Assembly: GCA_040905565.1 (NCBI GenBank)
Contig: JBBDRF010000062.1
Coordinates: 1-64,000, forward strand
Direction of reading: 5' to 3'
Source: Phycisphaeraceae bacterium
Lineage (GTDB): Bacteria; Planctomycetota; Phycisphaerae; Phycisphaerales; Zrk34
DNA: 64,000 nt
Shown: positions 37,747 through 47,238 of the stretch, piece by piece
Position numbering within the stretch: position 1 is the first letter of the stretch
Layout: each line of letters begins with the position of its first letter
The notes under the pieces: model-generated
What the model saw: the letters and a program-made list of their open reading frames with translations, nothing else
What the model was told of the DNA's origin: nothing
Databases searched by the model: none
Position numbers and translations under genes: made by a program

Positions 37747-38982
37747 TCAGCCCTTGATTTTGTGGCGCAGACCTCGCACTTTCATCGGCAGGCCGAACAG
37801 GTCGATGAAGCCTCGGGCGGCGGTGATGTCGTAGCCGTCCATCGCGAAGCTGGCGAGGTTTTCATCGTACAGCGAAGTCTTGGGCGCCTCGGCTCCGACG
37901 GCGATGATGTTGCCCTTGTAGAGCTTGATGCGGGCGGTGCCGGTGACGACGCGGTTGATGTCGTCGAAGAACACCTGCAACGATTCACGCAGCGGATGGA
38001 ACCACTGACCGTTGTAGACCAACTCGGCGTAGCGTTGCGAAGCCTGGCGTGAATAGTGGTACGTATCGCGTTCGATGCAAACCTGCTGCAGGGCTTTGTG
38101 GGCGGCGTAGAGGATGGAGCCGCCTGGTGTTTCGTACACGCCGCGACTTTTCATGCCGACGAGGCGGTTCTCGACGAGCAGCGCCTGGCCGACGGCGTGA
38201 GCGCCGCCGAGCGCGTTGAGCTTGGCGATGAGGTCGTGGCCCTTGAGCGTTTCGCCATCCACCGCGATCGGCGTGCCGTTCTTGAAGCTGATCTCGACGT
38301 AGGCGGGTTTCGCCGGCGCCTTTTCGAGAGGCACGCTCATGGTGAGGCAGTGCTTCCAGTTCGGCTCGGCGGCGGGGTCCTCGATCTCGGCACCCTCATG
38401 AGAGATGTGCCAGAGGTTGCGGTCCTGCGAGTAGATCTTCTTCTTCGTCTGCGCGATGGGGATGTTGTGCTGCTTGGCGTAGTCGATGGCGGTTTCGCGA
38501 TCGGTCAGGCCGTCGGCGATGAACTGCGGATCCTTCCACGGCGAGATCAGCTTCAGCTTCGGGTTCAGCGCCATGCAGGTGAGTTCGAAGCGGACCTGAT
38601 CGTTGCCCTTGCCGGTCGCGCCGTGACCGACGGCGTCGGCCTTGGTCTCCTTGGCGACGAGCACCTGGTGCTTGGCAATAAGGGGCCGGGCGATGGAGGT
38701 GCCCAGCATGTAATCGTCTTCGTAGATGGCATGGGCGCGGAGCGTGGGGAAGCAGTACTGCTCAGCGAACTCCTGCCGAAGATCCTTGACGACGACCTCG
38801 TCGGCCCCGCTGGCGTAAGCCTTCTTCTCGATACCCGCCAGCTCATCGCCCTGCCCGAGCTCAGCTGCGAAGGCGACAAGCTTGACGCCCGGGTAGCGAT
38901 CTTTCAGCCAGGGGAGGATGACGGAGGTGTCGAGGCCGCCTGAGTAGGCGAGGACGATTTTCTTGGGATCCGAAGCGGTCAT
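37747..38982 (-). CDS. argG: argininosuccinate synthase
   Basis: LAYSGGLDTS, HGATGKGNDQVRF and KSRGVYETP motifs. Confidence 0.97.
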   Translation of the reverse strand: MTASDPKKIVLAYSGGLDTSVILPWLKDRYPGVKLVAFAAELGQGDELAGIEKKAYASGADEVVVKDLRQEFAEQYCFPTLRAHAIYEDDYMLGTSIARPLIAKHQVLVAKETKADAVGHGATGKGNDQVRFELTCMALNPKLKLISPWKDPQFIADGLTDRETAIDYAKQHNIPIAQTKKKIYSQDRNLWHISHEGAEIEDPAAEPNWKHCLTMSVPLEKAPAKPAYVEISFKNGTPIAVDGETLKGHDLIAKLNALGGAHAVGQALLVENRLVGMKSRGVYETPGGSILYAAHKALQQVCIERDTYHYSRQASQRYAELVYNGQWFHPLRESLQVFFDDINRVVTGTARIKLYKGNIIAVGAEAPKTSLYDENLASFAMDGYDITAARGFIDLFGLPMKVRGLRHKIKG

Positions 38983-39057
38983 GGCACTCTCGCGAAGTTC
39001 GTGGTTAGGGGGAGAGCGAGAGTATAACGAAGAGACCGCCCGGCTGTAAGGCGGGGG

Positions 39058-40461
39058 CTATCGTCGGACGTCGGTGTTGTTGGTGAAGGTGTTGGTCTGT
39101 CGCGCCTCGGCTGAAGCAGAGAGGGGCAAGGAGGCGTCGATCACGTTGTTAAGCACCTGGTTGTTCCGGGAATCGAAACTCACAACGAGTGCGGCATGGT
39201 CGGCGGTGTCGGTTGTGAGCTGGTTGGCGAGGACGATGTTGCCGTTGGCTTTGTGAATCTGGATGAGGGCAGCGTCGGCGTCGGGATTGCTGATGATGTT
39301 GTTTGCAACAATGTTGTGATCGGACTGGACGAGGACCGCCTGCTGCTCGGCACCGTCGACGACGTTGTTTGAGATGGTGTTGTGGGAGGATCCGCTGAGC
39401 ACGAAGATGCCGCGTGGATGGTTGGTAATCACGTTCCCGGTCACGGTGTTGAACTGTGCGTCGTTGGGCAGCCGGATAGCGCCGTAGCCGGTGGAGCCGG
39501 CGGGAAGCTGGTCTTTGACGATGATGTTGTTGCTGACGACGCTGTGGCTGTGGCGACTGAGGTTGATGCCGCCAAGTTCAGCGTTCCTGATCAGGTTGTT
39601 GGTGATGGTGACGTGGGTGCACGCATCGCTGGCGTATGCGGACTTGCCGACGGTGTCGTGAAACTCGCAATGCTCGATGCGCATGAACTGGGACCCGGTG
39701 AACCGGACGATCCCGCCTCGGAAGCGGACATGTTGGAAGTTGACGTAGGAAACGCCATCGCAGCCAGCGACGTAGTGCGGGCTCTGGAGGGTCATGTGTG
39801 AGACGGTGGCATGGAGTGGTCCGCGGTCGCCGGTCTGGATCAGGTATTTCGAATCGTCGCGGTGGAGGTAGGTGGCGTTGATGCCGGCTCCGCGGAGGTT
39901 GACGTTGGCTCGGAGAAAGATCTGGCTGTTGAGGCGATAGGTTCCGGCGGGGATGTAGGTTTCGCCGGGGCGGTCGTGGTTGTGGAGAAAGGCGATGGCG
40001 TGGTTGATGGCGGGGGCGTCGTCGTGTTCGCCGTCGGCGTGTGCGCCGTACCAGCGGACATCGGTGTGGGCGTGGTCGGATTGGCGTACCCATCGGCCGC
40101 GCGCCTGGCTTGGCTTAAAATTTAGGTAAGCTTGCAGATCGTCGGCGGGATTGGGAGCGCCGGGTGCGATGACGATGCCGCCGTCGTGGGGCTGCTGGCT
40201 TCTGGCGCGGTATCGGAAGAGGCCTTCGCCGCCGTCGCCGGGTTGATAAAAGCCTTGGAGGAGGACGCGCTGATTTTGTGTCATGTCCTCCATCGTGGTC
40301 AGGTCGTGGACGTCGATGGCGTCGGGAGGCGTGGATGGGGTGGGGGTGCGGCCGCCGGTTTCGGTGTCATCGGCACCGGTTGTGCCGGTCCACAGCGTCA
40401 TCGCGAAGCAAATGCCGATGAGGGTGGCGAGGGTCATGAGCACGCGAGGGGCGGAATTCAT
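39058..40461 (-). CDS. secreted right-handed parallel beta-helix protein (pectate lyase 3-like)
   Basis: signal peptide, DVRWYGAHADGEHDDAPAI, YIPAGTY, repeated NxIxNN strands. Confidence 0.85.
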   Translation of the reverse strand: MNSAPRVLMTLATLIGICFAMTLWTGTTGADDTETGGRTPTPSTPPDAIDVHDLTTMEDMTQNQRVLLQGFYQPGDGGEGLFRYRARSQQPHDGGIVIAPGAPNPADDLQAYLNFKPSQARGRWVRQSDHAHTDVRWYGAHADGEHDDAPAINHAIAFLHNHDRPGETYIPAGTYRLNSQIFLRANVNLRGAGINATYLHRDDSKYLIQTGDRGPLHATVSHMTLQSPHYVAGCDGVSYVNFQHVRFRGGIVRFTGSQFMRIEHCEFHDTVGKSAYASDACTHVTITNNLIRNAELGGINLSRHSHSVVSNNIIVKDQLPAGSTGYGAIRLPNDAQFNTVTGNVITNHPRGIFVLSGSSHNTISNNVVDGAEQQAVLVQSDHNIVANNIISNPDADAALIQIHKANGNIVLANQLTTDTADHAALVVSFDSRNNQVLNNVIDASLPLSASAEARQTNTFTNNTDVRR

Positions 40462-40527
40462 CGGAGGGCTCCTTGCTTACCGGGCCTCGTCGCTTGCCGA
40501 CGGCCGTCACGTCTCAGGACGAGGTTT

Positions 40528-41406
40528 TCAGAGGAAGCGCCAGTCGGCGGTTTGGAGGGTATAGGCCCAGAGCACAGCGTTGGTGATGCCGTGCGCCCAG
40601 ATGACGGGGCCGAGGCCGAGGCGGCGGGTGCCTCGGTTGGTGATCCAGACCAGCAAGATGAACAGCAGGCCGCAGGCGATCGTACCCGGCCAGTCGCGGG
40701 GGATGTGGCTGATGAGGCACCAGAGGGTCAGCGTGCTGACGATGCTGAAACCGGTCACGGCGCCAAGGGGCGTCTTCTCAAATGCGTCGGCGAGCGGGCG
40801 GGGGAACTGGTCGGCCCACTTGCTCACGCGGGTCCGCATGGTGTACTCGCCGATGAACGGGAGATCATCGAGAAATTGAATGACCGTGATCTTCGCCGTT
40901 TCGGGTTTTTGCAGGGCACGCAGCAGGGCGGAGCGGAAAAAGACTTCTTCGAAGACGGGAACGACGGCGGCCATGCCGACGAGCCGGGCGGTCATGGCGA
41001 TCCAGGCGGCGACGGGGGACATGTCATCGAAATACGGCGTCGCTTCGTGCTGGAAATACGGGTGCAGTTCATGCATGCCCATGCCGAGGCCGATCCAGGC
41101 GACGGCGGCGACCAGGCCCATCGGCAGGGCGAGCCAGTGGAAGGTCAGCGTGATCTCGGGCATCAGACGGCGGTAGCGGTAGAGCATCGCCGAGACGATC
41201 ACGATCTGGAACAGGTGGACGACGACGGCGAGATCCGGCTGCGCGTCGCGCACGAAGCCGATGATCATCAGCAGCAGCACGTAGACCACGAACGGGATGA
41301 GCCTCGGGTGGAACGGATGCAGCGCCATCCAGCGGTCGACCTTTTGAAGGTACGACAGCGTCGGCTTGGGCGGCGCGGACGGCGGCGTGGTGGGAGTCTC
41401 GCTCAC
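40528..41406 (-). CDS. CPBP (CAAX) family intramembrane glutamic endopeptidase
   Basis: VPVFEEVFFRS and AHGITN motifs; multiple TM helices. Confidence 0.88.
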   Translation of the reverse strand: MSETPTTPPSAPPKPTLSYLQKVDRWMALHPFHPRLIPFVVYVLLLMIIGFVRDAQPDLAVVVHLFQIVIVSAMLYRYRRLMPEITLTFHWLALPMGLVAAVAWIGLGMGMHELHPYFQHEATPYFDDMSPVAAWIAMTARLVGMAAVVPVFEEVFFRSALLRALQKPETAKITVIQFLDDLPFIGEYTMRTRVSKWADQFPRPLADAFEKTPLGAVTGFSIVSTLTLWCLISHIPRDWPGTIACGLLFILLVWITNRGTRRLGLGPVIWAHGITNAVLWAYTLQTADWRFL

Positions 41407-41489
41407 GGCGGCATTCTAACGGCGATCGAGTTCCATCGCAGCGCACGCAGTAGCCGCGGGGCTACGTCCCGCCGGCCCACTTGGCGTGA

Positions 41490-42755
41490 TCACTCGTGTC
41501 GGAGTGCGATGATGGGGTCGAGCATGGCGGCGCGGTAGGCGGGGTAGAGGCCGAAGAGGATGCCGACGGTGGCGCTGATGCCGAGCGCGAGGAGGACGGA
41601 CCAGAGGGTGACGACGGTGGGCATGTCGGCGAAGTAGGTGATGGCGATGGGGATCGACACGCCCATGCCGACGCCGACGAGTCCGCCGACGGTTGAGAGG
41701 ACGACGGTCTCGATGAGGAACTGTCCGATGATCTGCCTGCGTTTGGCGCCGATGGCGCGGCGGACGCCGATCTCGCGGGTGCGCTCCGTGACCGAGGCGA
41801 GCATGATGTTCATGATCCCGATGCCGCCGACGAGCAGACTGATGCCGGCGATGGAGCCGAGGACGATGCTGAAGATGCGCTGCGTTTCCTGCGCCTGCCG
41901 AAGCAGTGCGAGGGGGACGGCCATCACGTAGTCGCCGCGTGGGTGGAAGCGGTCGAGCATGGCGGTGATGGCGGCTGCGGTGGGTTCAACGTCGTCGATG
42001 GACGCGACCTGGACGATCATCTCGTGGAGTTCGATGTGCTCACGGCGCATGGCACCGGACTGGCGTTCGACGATGAGGTCGCTGTAGCGCTGGCGTGCGA
42101 CATTGATGGGGATGTAGGCGTCGACTTCGCGGTCGGGTGTCTGCACGCCTCCTCCACCTGCGTCGGCGCGGACGATGCCGACGATGCGATAAATTTCCTG
42201 GTCGATGCGGAGCGGTTCGCCGATGACGTGGCGTGTGCCGAGCAGTCGGCGAGCGGCATGCTCAGCGAGGACGACCACGCCCGCGTCGGTTTCGACGTCG
42301 TGTTTTGTAAGGGTTCGGCCGGCGACGATTTCGCGCTGGACGAGGTCGAACCAGTCGGGGGACGTGCCGACGATGCGGAGATCGGCGGTCATTCTTCCCA
42401 TGCGTGCTTCGCCGGGGATGATCTTCGCGGGAACGACGCGGACGACACGGTCGAAGCTTTCTTCGATGCGTCGGGCGTCGTCGTAGAGCAGGCCGTACAT
42501 GAGCGTCATCGTCTGCTCGGAGCCTTGCCTGCGGTCTTCGCTGGGTTCGCGTGAGGAGATGATGATGTTGTTCGAGCCGAGGCGCTGGATTTGCGCCAGC
42601 GCTTCCTGGCTTGCGCCTTCCCCGACGGAAAGCATGGCGACGACGCTGCCGACGCCGAACACCACGCCGAGCATCGTGAGCATGGAGCGCAGCTTGTGCA
42701 GCAGCAGACTCTTTACCCCGAGATTGACGTTGCGTAACAGGCGAGCTTGGGCCAT
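41490..42755 (-). CDS. MacB-type ABC transporter permease
   Basis: RSMLTMLGVVFGV and GGIGIMNIMLASVTERTREIGVRRAIGA motifs. Confidence 0.93.
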   Translation of the reverse strand: MAQARLLRNVNLGVKSLLLHKLRSMLTMLGVVFGVGSVVAMLSVGEGASQEALAQIQRLGSNNIIISSREPSEDRRQGSEQTMTLMYGLLYDDARRIEESFDRVVRVVPAKIIPGEARMGRMTADLRIVGTSPDWFDLVQREIVAGRTLTKHDVETDAGVVVLAEHAARRLLGTRHVIGEPLRIDQEIYRIVGIVRADAGGGGVQTPDREVDAYIPINVARQRYSDLIVERQSGAMRREHIELHEMIVQVASIDDVEPTAAAITAMLDRFHPRGDYVMAVPLALLRQAQETQRIFSIVLGSIAGISLLVGGIGIMNIMLASVTERTREIGVRRAIGAKRRQIIGQFLIETVVLSTVGGLVGVGMGVSIPIAITYFADMPTVVTLWSVLLALGISATVGILFGLYPAYRAAMLDPIIALRHE

Positions 42756-42783
42756 GCGCGTTCGTGCTCCAGTTGCTTGTCGA

Positions 42784-43500
42784 TCAGTCGACGCGATCGA
42801 TCAGGCCGTCGCGCATGTGCAGGCGATGCTGTGCATGGGCGGCGACTTCGGGTTCGTGGGTGACCATGATGACGGTTCGGCCTTCGTCGTTGAGGCCTTG
42901 CAGCAGGGCCATGATCTGGTCGCCGGTGACCGAATCGAGGTTGCCGGTGGGTTCGTCAGCGAGAAGGATGGGCGGATCGTTGGCGAGCGATCGGGCGATG
43001 GCGACACGTTGCTGCTGCCCGCCGGAGAGTTCGGTCGGCCGATGGTCGAGCCGGTCGCCGAGCTGGACCTGCCTGGCGAGCTCGGCGGCGCGTTCACGGC
43101 TGACGGCGGCGTCCCAGCCGAGGTAGTACAGCGGCAGTTCGATGTTCTCCGCCACGGTCAGCTGCGGGATCAGGTTAAAACTCTGGAAGATGAAGCCGAG
43201 CCGACGCAGGCGAAGTTCGCTGAGCGCGTCGTCGTCCATCTCGGCGATGTCGGTTTTCTCAATGAGACAGCGGCCGGAGGTGGGGCGGTCCAGGCAGCCG
43301 AGGAGGTTCAGCATGGTGCTTTTGCCCGACCCGCTGGGGCCCATGATGGCCCAGAAGCTGCCGCGATCGATCTGCAGCGTGACGCCGGCGAGCGCGTGGA
43401 CGTCGGCGGCACCCATGTGATAGACCTTGCGGACGTCGTCCAGTTCGATGACGGGATCCACAGCCACGGGGATTTCGATACTGGCCTGCGTGCGAGTCAT
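42784..43500 (-). CDS. ABC transporter ATP-binding protein (MacB/LolD type)
   Basis: GPSGSGKST, LSGGQQQRVAIAR and ADEPTGNLD motifs. Confidence 0.95.
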   Translation of the reverse strand: MTRTQASIEIPVAVDPVIELDDVRKVYHMGAADVHALAGVTLQIDRGSFWAIMGPSGSGKSTMLNLLGCLDRPTSGRCLIEKTDIAEMDDDALSELRLRRLGFIFQSFNLIPQLTVAENIELPLYYLGWDAAVSRERAAELARQVQLGDRLDHRPTELSGGQQQRVAIARSLANDPPILLADEPTGNLDSVTGDQIMALLQGLNDEGRTVIMVTHEPEVAAHAQHRLHMRDGLIDRVD

Positions 43501-45089
43501 GATCCGGAACCGCCTTGGCTTGCGTCGGCCTGCTCGGTGGCGGGGGGCGGCGTTAGTTCGGGCTCGGGTTCCTGCAGCTCCTCGCCTTCCTCATCGCCTT
43601 CGTCTTCAGGTCGACGTGACGGCGCAAGCGGCGGGTTGAGCAGAACATGGTCGCCGCGCTCGAGACCGCTGACGATCTGGATCATGCGGTTGTTATCCAG
43701 CCCCACGTCGACCTGCTTCGCGACCGGACCGTTGGCTGAAGGCAGGTAGACCATCGTCTCGCGGTCGACGCGCATCACCGACTGAATCGGCACGTACTTG
43801 GCGTCGTCAAGTTCGGCGACGACGATCTCGGCGTTGCAGCTCATGCCGGAGCGGAGGTCTGAAGCGCCGCTGGTGACTTCGACCTCTGCGTTGTAGACCT
43901 TGAGGTCAGGGTTGAGCCAGGAGTTCTGAGCGTCGGGCATGACGGCGATGCGCTTGACGCGCCCTTCGAAGACGCGGCCGGGCAGCGCGTCGGTCGTCAG
44001 GCGTACGGGCAGGTCACGGTCGACGCGTTGGAGCATGGATTCGTGAATCTTCACCTCGGCGATCATGCTGTCGGCTGTCGGCAGGAAGATCAGATCCTGG
44101 CGGGGGTGGACCTCGACGCCCTCGGCGAGCGGCTCCTGACGCCGGCCCCCCTGGCCCGAGGTGCCGTGGACGACCATGCCGGCCACGGGGGCGTAGACTT
44201 CGCAAGCGGCGATCTGCTCTTCCATCCGCTCCAGGCGATCCTGTTCACGTTCGAAGGAGAGCTTGCGCGAGGCCAGCCGCGTCTCCGCGTCGACGATGTC
44301 ACTTTGCGTGCGATGTTTGACCTTGGTCAACTCGAACTCTTCCTGGTCGCGGCTGCTGTTGAGTTCCGCGAGTCGACGCCGGCGCGAGAATTGCTCCAGC
44401 AGGTTCAATTGCCCCTTGGCCAGTTCAAGGTCGAGCTTGCGGCGCTGGTAGGTGAGGCGGTCGGCCTGGAGTTCGGTCTCGGTGATGTAGCCTGCTTCGA
44501 ACAGCCGCACCGAGCCTTGCAGTTGATCGTCCGCCCGTTCGAGCTCGGACTCGGCCAGGGTGATGTTCGTCTGAGCTTCACGAAGCTCCTGCTGATAGTC
44601 GCCCTGGGGAGCCTGGTATTTTTCAAGGTCCAACTCTGCCAGTTCGTAGGCGACCTCGGCGGCGGCGACGTCGGCCTTGGCCTGCTGCTTCACGACTTCG
44701 AGGTTTGATTCCGCCTGCATGTAGTCCGAGCGTGCCTGCTCAAACTGAATTTCCTGACGGAGGTAATCGTCCTGCAGTCCCGCGGAATCCAACTCCACAA
44801 GCAGGTCGCCTTCTTCGACGATCGTACCTTCCTCGATGAGGTAGACGATCGTTGTGCGTTCCTGGGTGTCGTTCTTCAGGGCCATCGACTGAGCGCTTCG
44901 CAGCGAACCGGTCGCGAAGACGCTGATGGTGAGCTGGCCCTGCTTGACCTCAAAGGTAGGGCCGGTGGTTTGGGCAGAGGCGCCGTCGCCGCCGCGCAGC
45001 ACAGCGACGCTGAGCCCGACAACCACCAGTGCGCCGATCAGGGCGAAGGTGATCCAGAGTCTGTTATTCGTTTTCGCCTTCGTTGTCAT
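43497..45089 (-). CDS. periplasmic adaptor (MacA/HlyD-like)
   Basis: N-terminal anchor, lipoyl half motifs EGTIVEEGD and APVAGMV, long alpha-hairpin. Confidence 0.9.
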   Translation of the reverse strand: MTTKAKTNNRLWITFALIGALVVVGLSVAVLRGGDGASAQTTGPTFEVKQGQLTISVFATGSLRSAQSMALKNDTQERTTIVYLIEEGTIVEEGDLLVELDSAGLQDDYLRQEIQFEQARSDYMQAESNLEVVKQQAKADVAAAEVAYELAELDLEKYQAPQGDYQQELREAQTNITLAESELERADDQLQGSVRLFEAGYITETELQADRLTYQRRKLDLELAKGQLNLLEQFSRRRRLAELNSSRDQEEFELTKVKHRTQSDIVDAETRLASRKLSFEREQDRLERMEEQIAACEVYAPVAGMVVHGTSGQGGRRQEPLAEGVEVHPRQDLIFLPTADSMIAEVKIHESMLQRVDRDLPVRLTTDALPGRVFEGRVKRIAVMPDAQNSWLNPDLKVYNAEVEVTSGASDLRSGMSCNAEIVVAELDDAKYVPIQSVMRVDRETMVYLPSANGPVAKQVDVGLDNNRMIQIVSGLERGDHVLLNPPLAPSRRPEDEGDEEGEELQEPEPELTPPPATEQADASQGGSGS

Positions 45090-47142
45090 CGTGCTGACCT
45101 TCGTATTCGAGATTGGCGACGTTCAATTCGCTCCACAAGCCGGTCTCGTCGACTTGCAGCACGCCCATGTCGCGTTGGAGTGCCAACTCGGTGAGTCGGT
45201 AGGAGACCACCGCCTCTGTCAGCGAATTCTGTGCGCTGAGCAGGGCGGCCTGGGCTTCGAGCACGTCGCGCGTGTCGGCGCGGCCGTACTGCTGGAGCAT
45301 GTTGGTCATGTCCACCCGCCGCTCTGCGAGGACGAGGGCGCGGCTTTGAATGGCGTACTCTTCACGGGCACGCTCGAGCTGACGCAGGTCCGAGCGGATG
45401 TCCAGCTTGATGCGATCCTCAAGCTCCTGAACATCGCGTACGGCTCGCTCGAGTTGAATGTAGGCGTTGCGGTAGACGTTACGTTCCGCGGTGCGTTCGA
45501 ACGGCAGATCAAGCTCGAAGCCTGCGGAGTAGACGCCGCGATCGAAGCGGAAGGGGACGGTTTCGCCAGCTGTGCCGAGGCGGTAACGGCCGCTTCCGGC
45601 GCTGGCGTTGCCGACGAGGTTCAGCCCGGCCTGCAGCGCGTTGGCGGCGATGATGACACGGCGTTGCGCATCGTAAACTTCGCCTTCGCGGATGTGAAGA
45701 TCCAGCCGACTGTCCAGCGCGAGCGGCACGGCAACGTCCTCGGGCAGTTCGTAGGGGCCGACGCCCTCTGGCGAAGGCGGAACCATGTCGACTGGCGCAT
45801 CGGCGGGGATCAACGCGACTTCACGCTGCACGGTGATAGGCGGGGCGAGCTGTGATGCGTCGGGGCGGGGATCGAACCCGGCGGCGAGTTCGGCGACGGT
45901 GGGCAAATGTAGTTCGTCGATGGCGGTGATCGGCTCAGCCTGCTCGGGCTCGACGATATCGCCGAGCACATCCATGGCCGCTTCGGCGAGGCGGTCGAGC
46001 TCCTCACGATCGAGGGCGATGGCGGCATCGGTCGGCAGGCCCAGCGTGAGCTTGAACTGATCGAGCGCGTTCTCCTGCTGCTGAATCGCGGAAATCCACG
46101 AGGCGCGGGCCCGCAGCTCATCCTGCAACGCCTGGTCGAGCTGCACCTGCGAGAGCTCGCCCTCCTCGGCGAGGGCACGCTGACGGCGGGCGGTGACGAT
46201 CAGCCGGCGGTAGTTCTCCGTCGCATTGCGCACCTGATCGGCACGTTGCAATGTTTCGAGGTAACCGCTGGCTACCTGCACGGCGAACGACCGCTTGAAC
46301 TCTTCAAAATCCCAGATGGCGTAGATGACGTTTCGCTCGGCCTGCGTGAGCGGTTCGGCGACGATGTGGCGGCCGGCGCCCCGCAGCAGGGGGATGCTGA
46401 TCGAAGCGTCGGCGATCACGCCCAGCGACGCGCGGCCGTCGGAGGTGAGCAGCTTTGCCAAGTCCAGACCGAGCCGCCCGGTGAGCAGCGCGCCGTTCTG
46501 CAGGCGCCGGCGAACGTCCAGCGTCGCGGCGCCGTCGAGGCGGGTTTCGGTGATGCCCTCACGCTGATCGGAGGTGATCAGACCTTCGATGATCCCGAAA
46601 TAGGTGGTGCGGAACTCATTGGCGGCGAGATCCAGATCGAGTGCCGCCCGGTAGATCGCTTCCTTACGACTTTGATACTCGCGGCTGTTGCGGGCTCCGA
46701 CCTGCAGGGCCTCGATCAGCGACAGTTGCGGCGCCTGCTGCGGATCCCACGGCGGGATGACCGGCTCCACGCCCGTGAGCCGAGCGGGATAGTCTTCCTC
46801 GGGCCAATGTTCGAGGAGCGGGAGCTGATCCGAGCCGAGCGATTCGGGGCCGACAATCGGCAGCGCCTGCACGCCGATCAATCGCCTTCGCAGCGTCTCG
46901 GCGGGTGTTTCGATGGTGAACGGCTCGGTGCGCCCGATCGCCTCCTGCTGCCCGCGCTCGATGATGCCGTACGCAACCTCGTCGGCTTCCTCACGATATT
47001 GCGCGGGCTGACAGCCGGCCACGCCCAGACCGACGACCGAAACCACGCCCGCTGTTGCCAGCCAGGCGTTTGGACCAGACCATCGCGACTCTCGTTCTCT
47101 CTGCGGCATGCACGCTCTCAGCACGAAGTAACGGTCACTCAC
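45064..47142 (-). CDS. TolC-family outer membrane protein
   Basis: lipobox VAGC, two OEP-like halves, first gene of the exporter operon. Confidence 0.88.
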   Translation of the reverse strand: MSDRYFVLRACMPQRERESRWSGPNAWLATAGVVSVVGLGVAGCQPAQYREEADEVAYGIIERGQQEAIGRTEPFTIETPAETLRRRLIGVQALPIVGPESLGSDQLPLLEHWPEEDYPARLTGVEPVIPPWDPQQAPQLSLIEALQVGARNSREYQSRKEAIYRAALDLDLAANEFRTTYFGIIEGLITSDQREGITETRLDGAATLDVRRRLQNGALLTGRLGLDLAKLLTSDGRASLGVIADASISIPLLRGAGRHIVAEPLTQAERNVIYAIWDFEEFKRSFAVQVASGYLETLQRADQVRNATENYRRLIVTARRQRALAEEGELSQVQLDQALQDELRARASWISAIQQQENALDQFKLTLGLPTDAAIALDREELDRLAEAAMDVLGDIVEPEQAEPITAIDELHLPTVAELAAGFDPRPDASQLAPPITVQREVALIPADAPVDMVPPSPEGVGPYELPEDVAVPLALDSRLDLHIREGEVYDAQRRVIIAANALQAGLNLVGNASAGSGRYRLGTAGETVPFRFDRGVYSAGFELDLPFERTAERNVYRNAYIQLERAVRDVQELEDRIKLDIRSDLRQLERAREEYAIQSRALVLAERRVDMTNMLQQYGRADTRDVLEAQAALLSAQNSLTEAVVSYRLTELALQRDMGVLQVDETGLWSELNVANLEYEGQHDDNEGENE

Positions 47143-47238
47143 GGAGGTTAATGCAGCGGCATCTTACCAGCTTCGCAAAGCTCCGTTGAATAGGAACGTC
47201 TGAGCGGCCCTTTTATTGCAGGGAGGTTTTTTTCGGTC

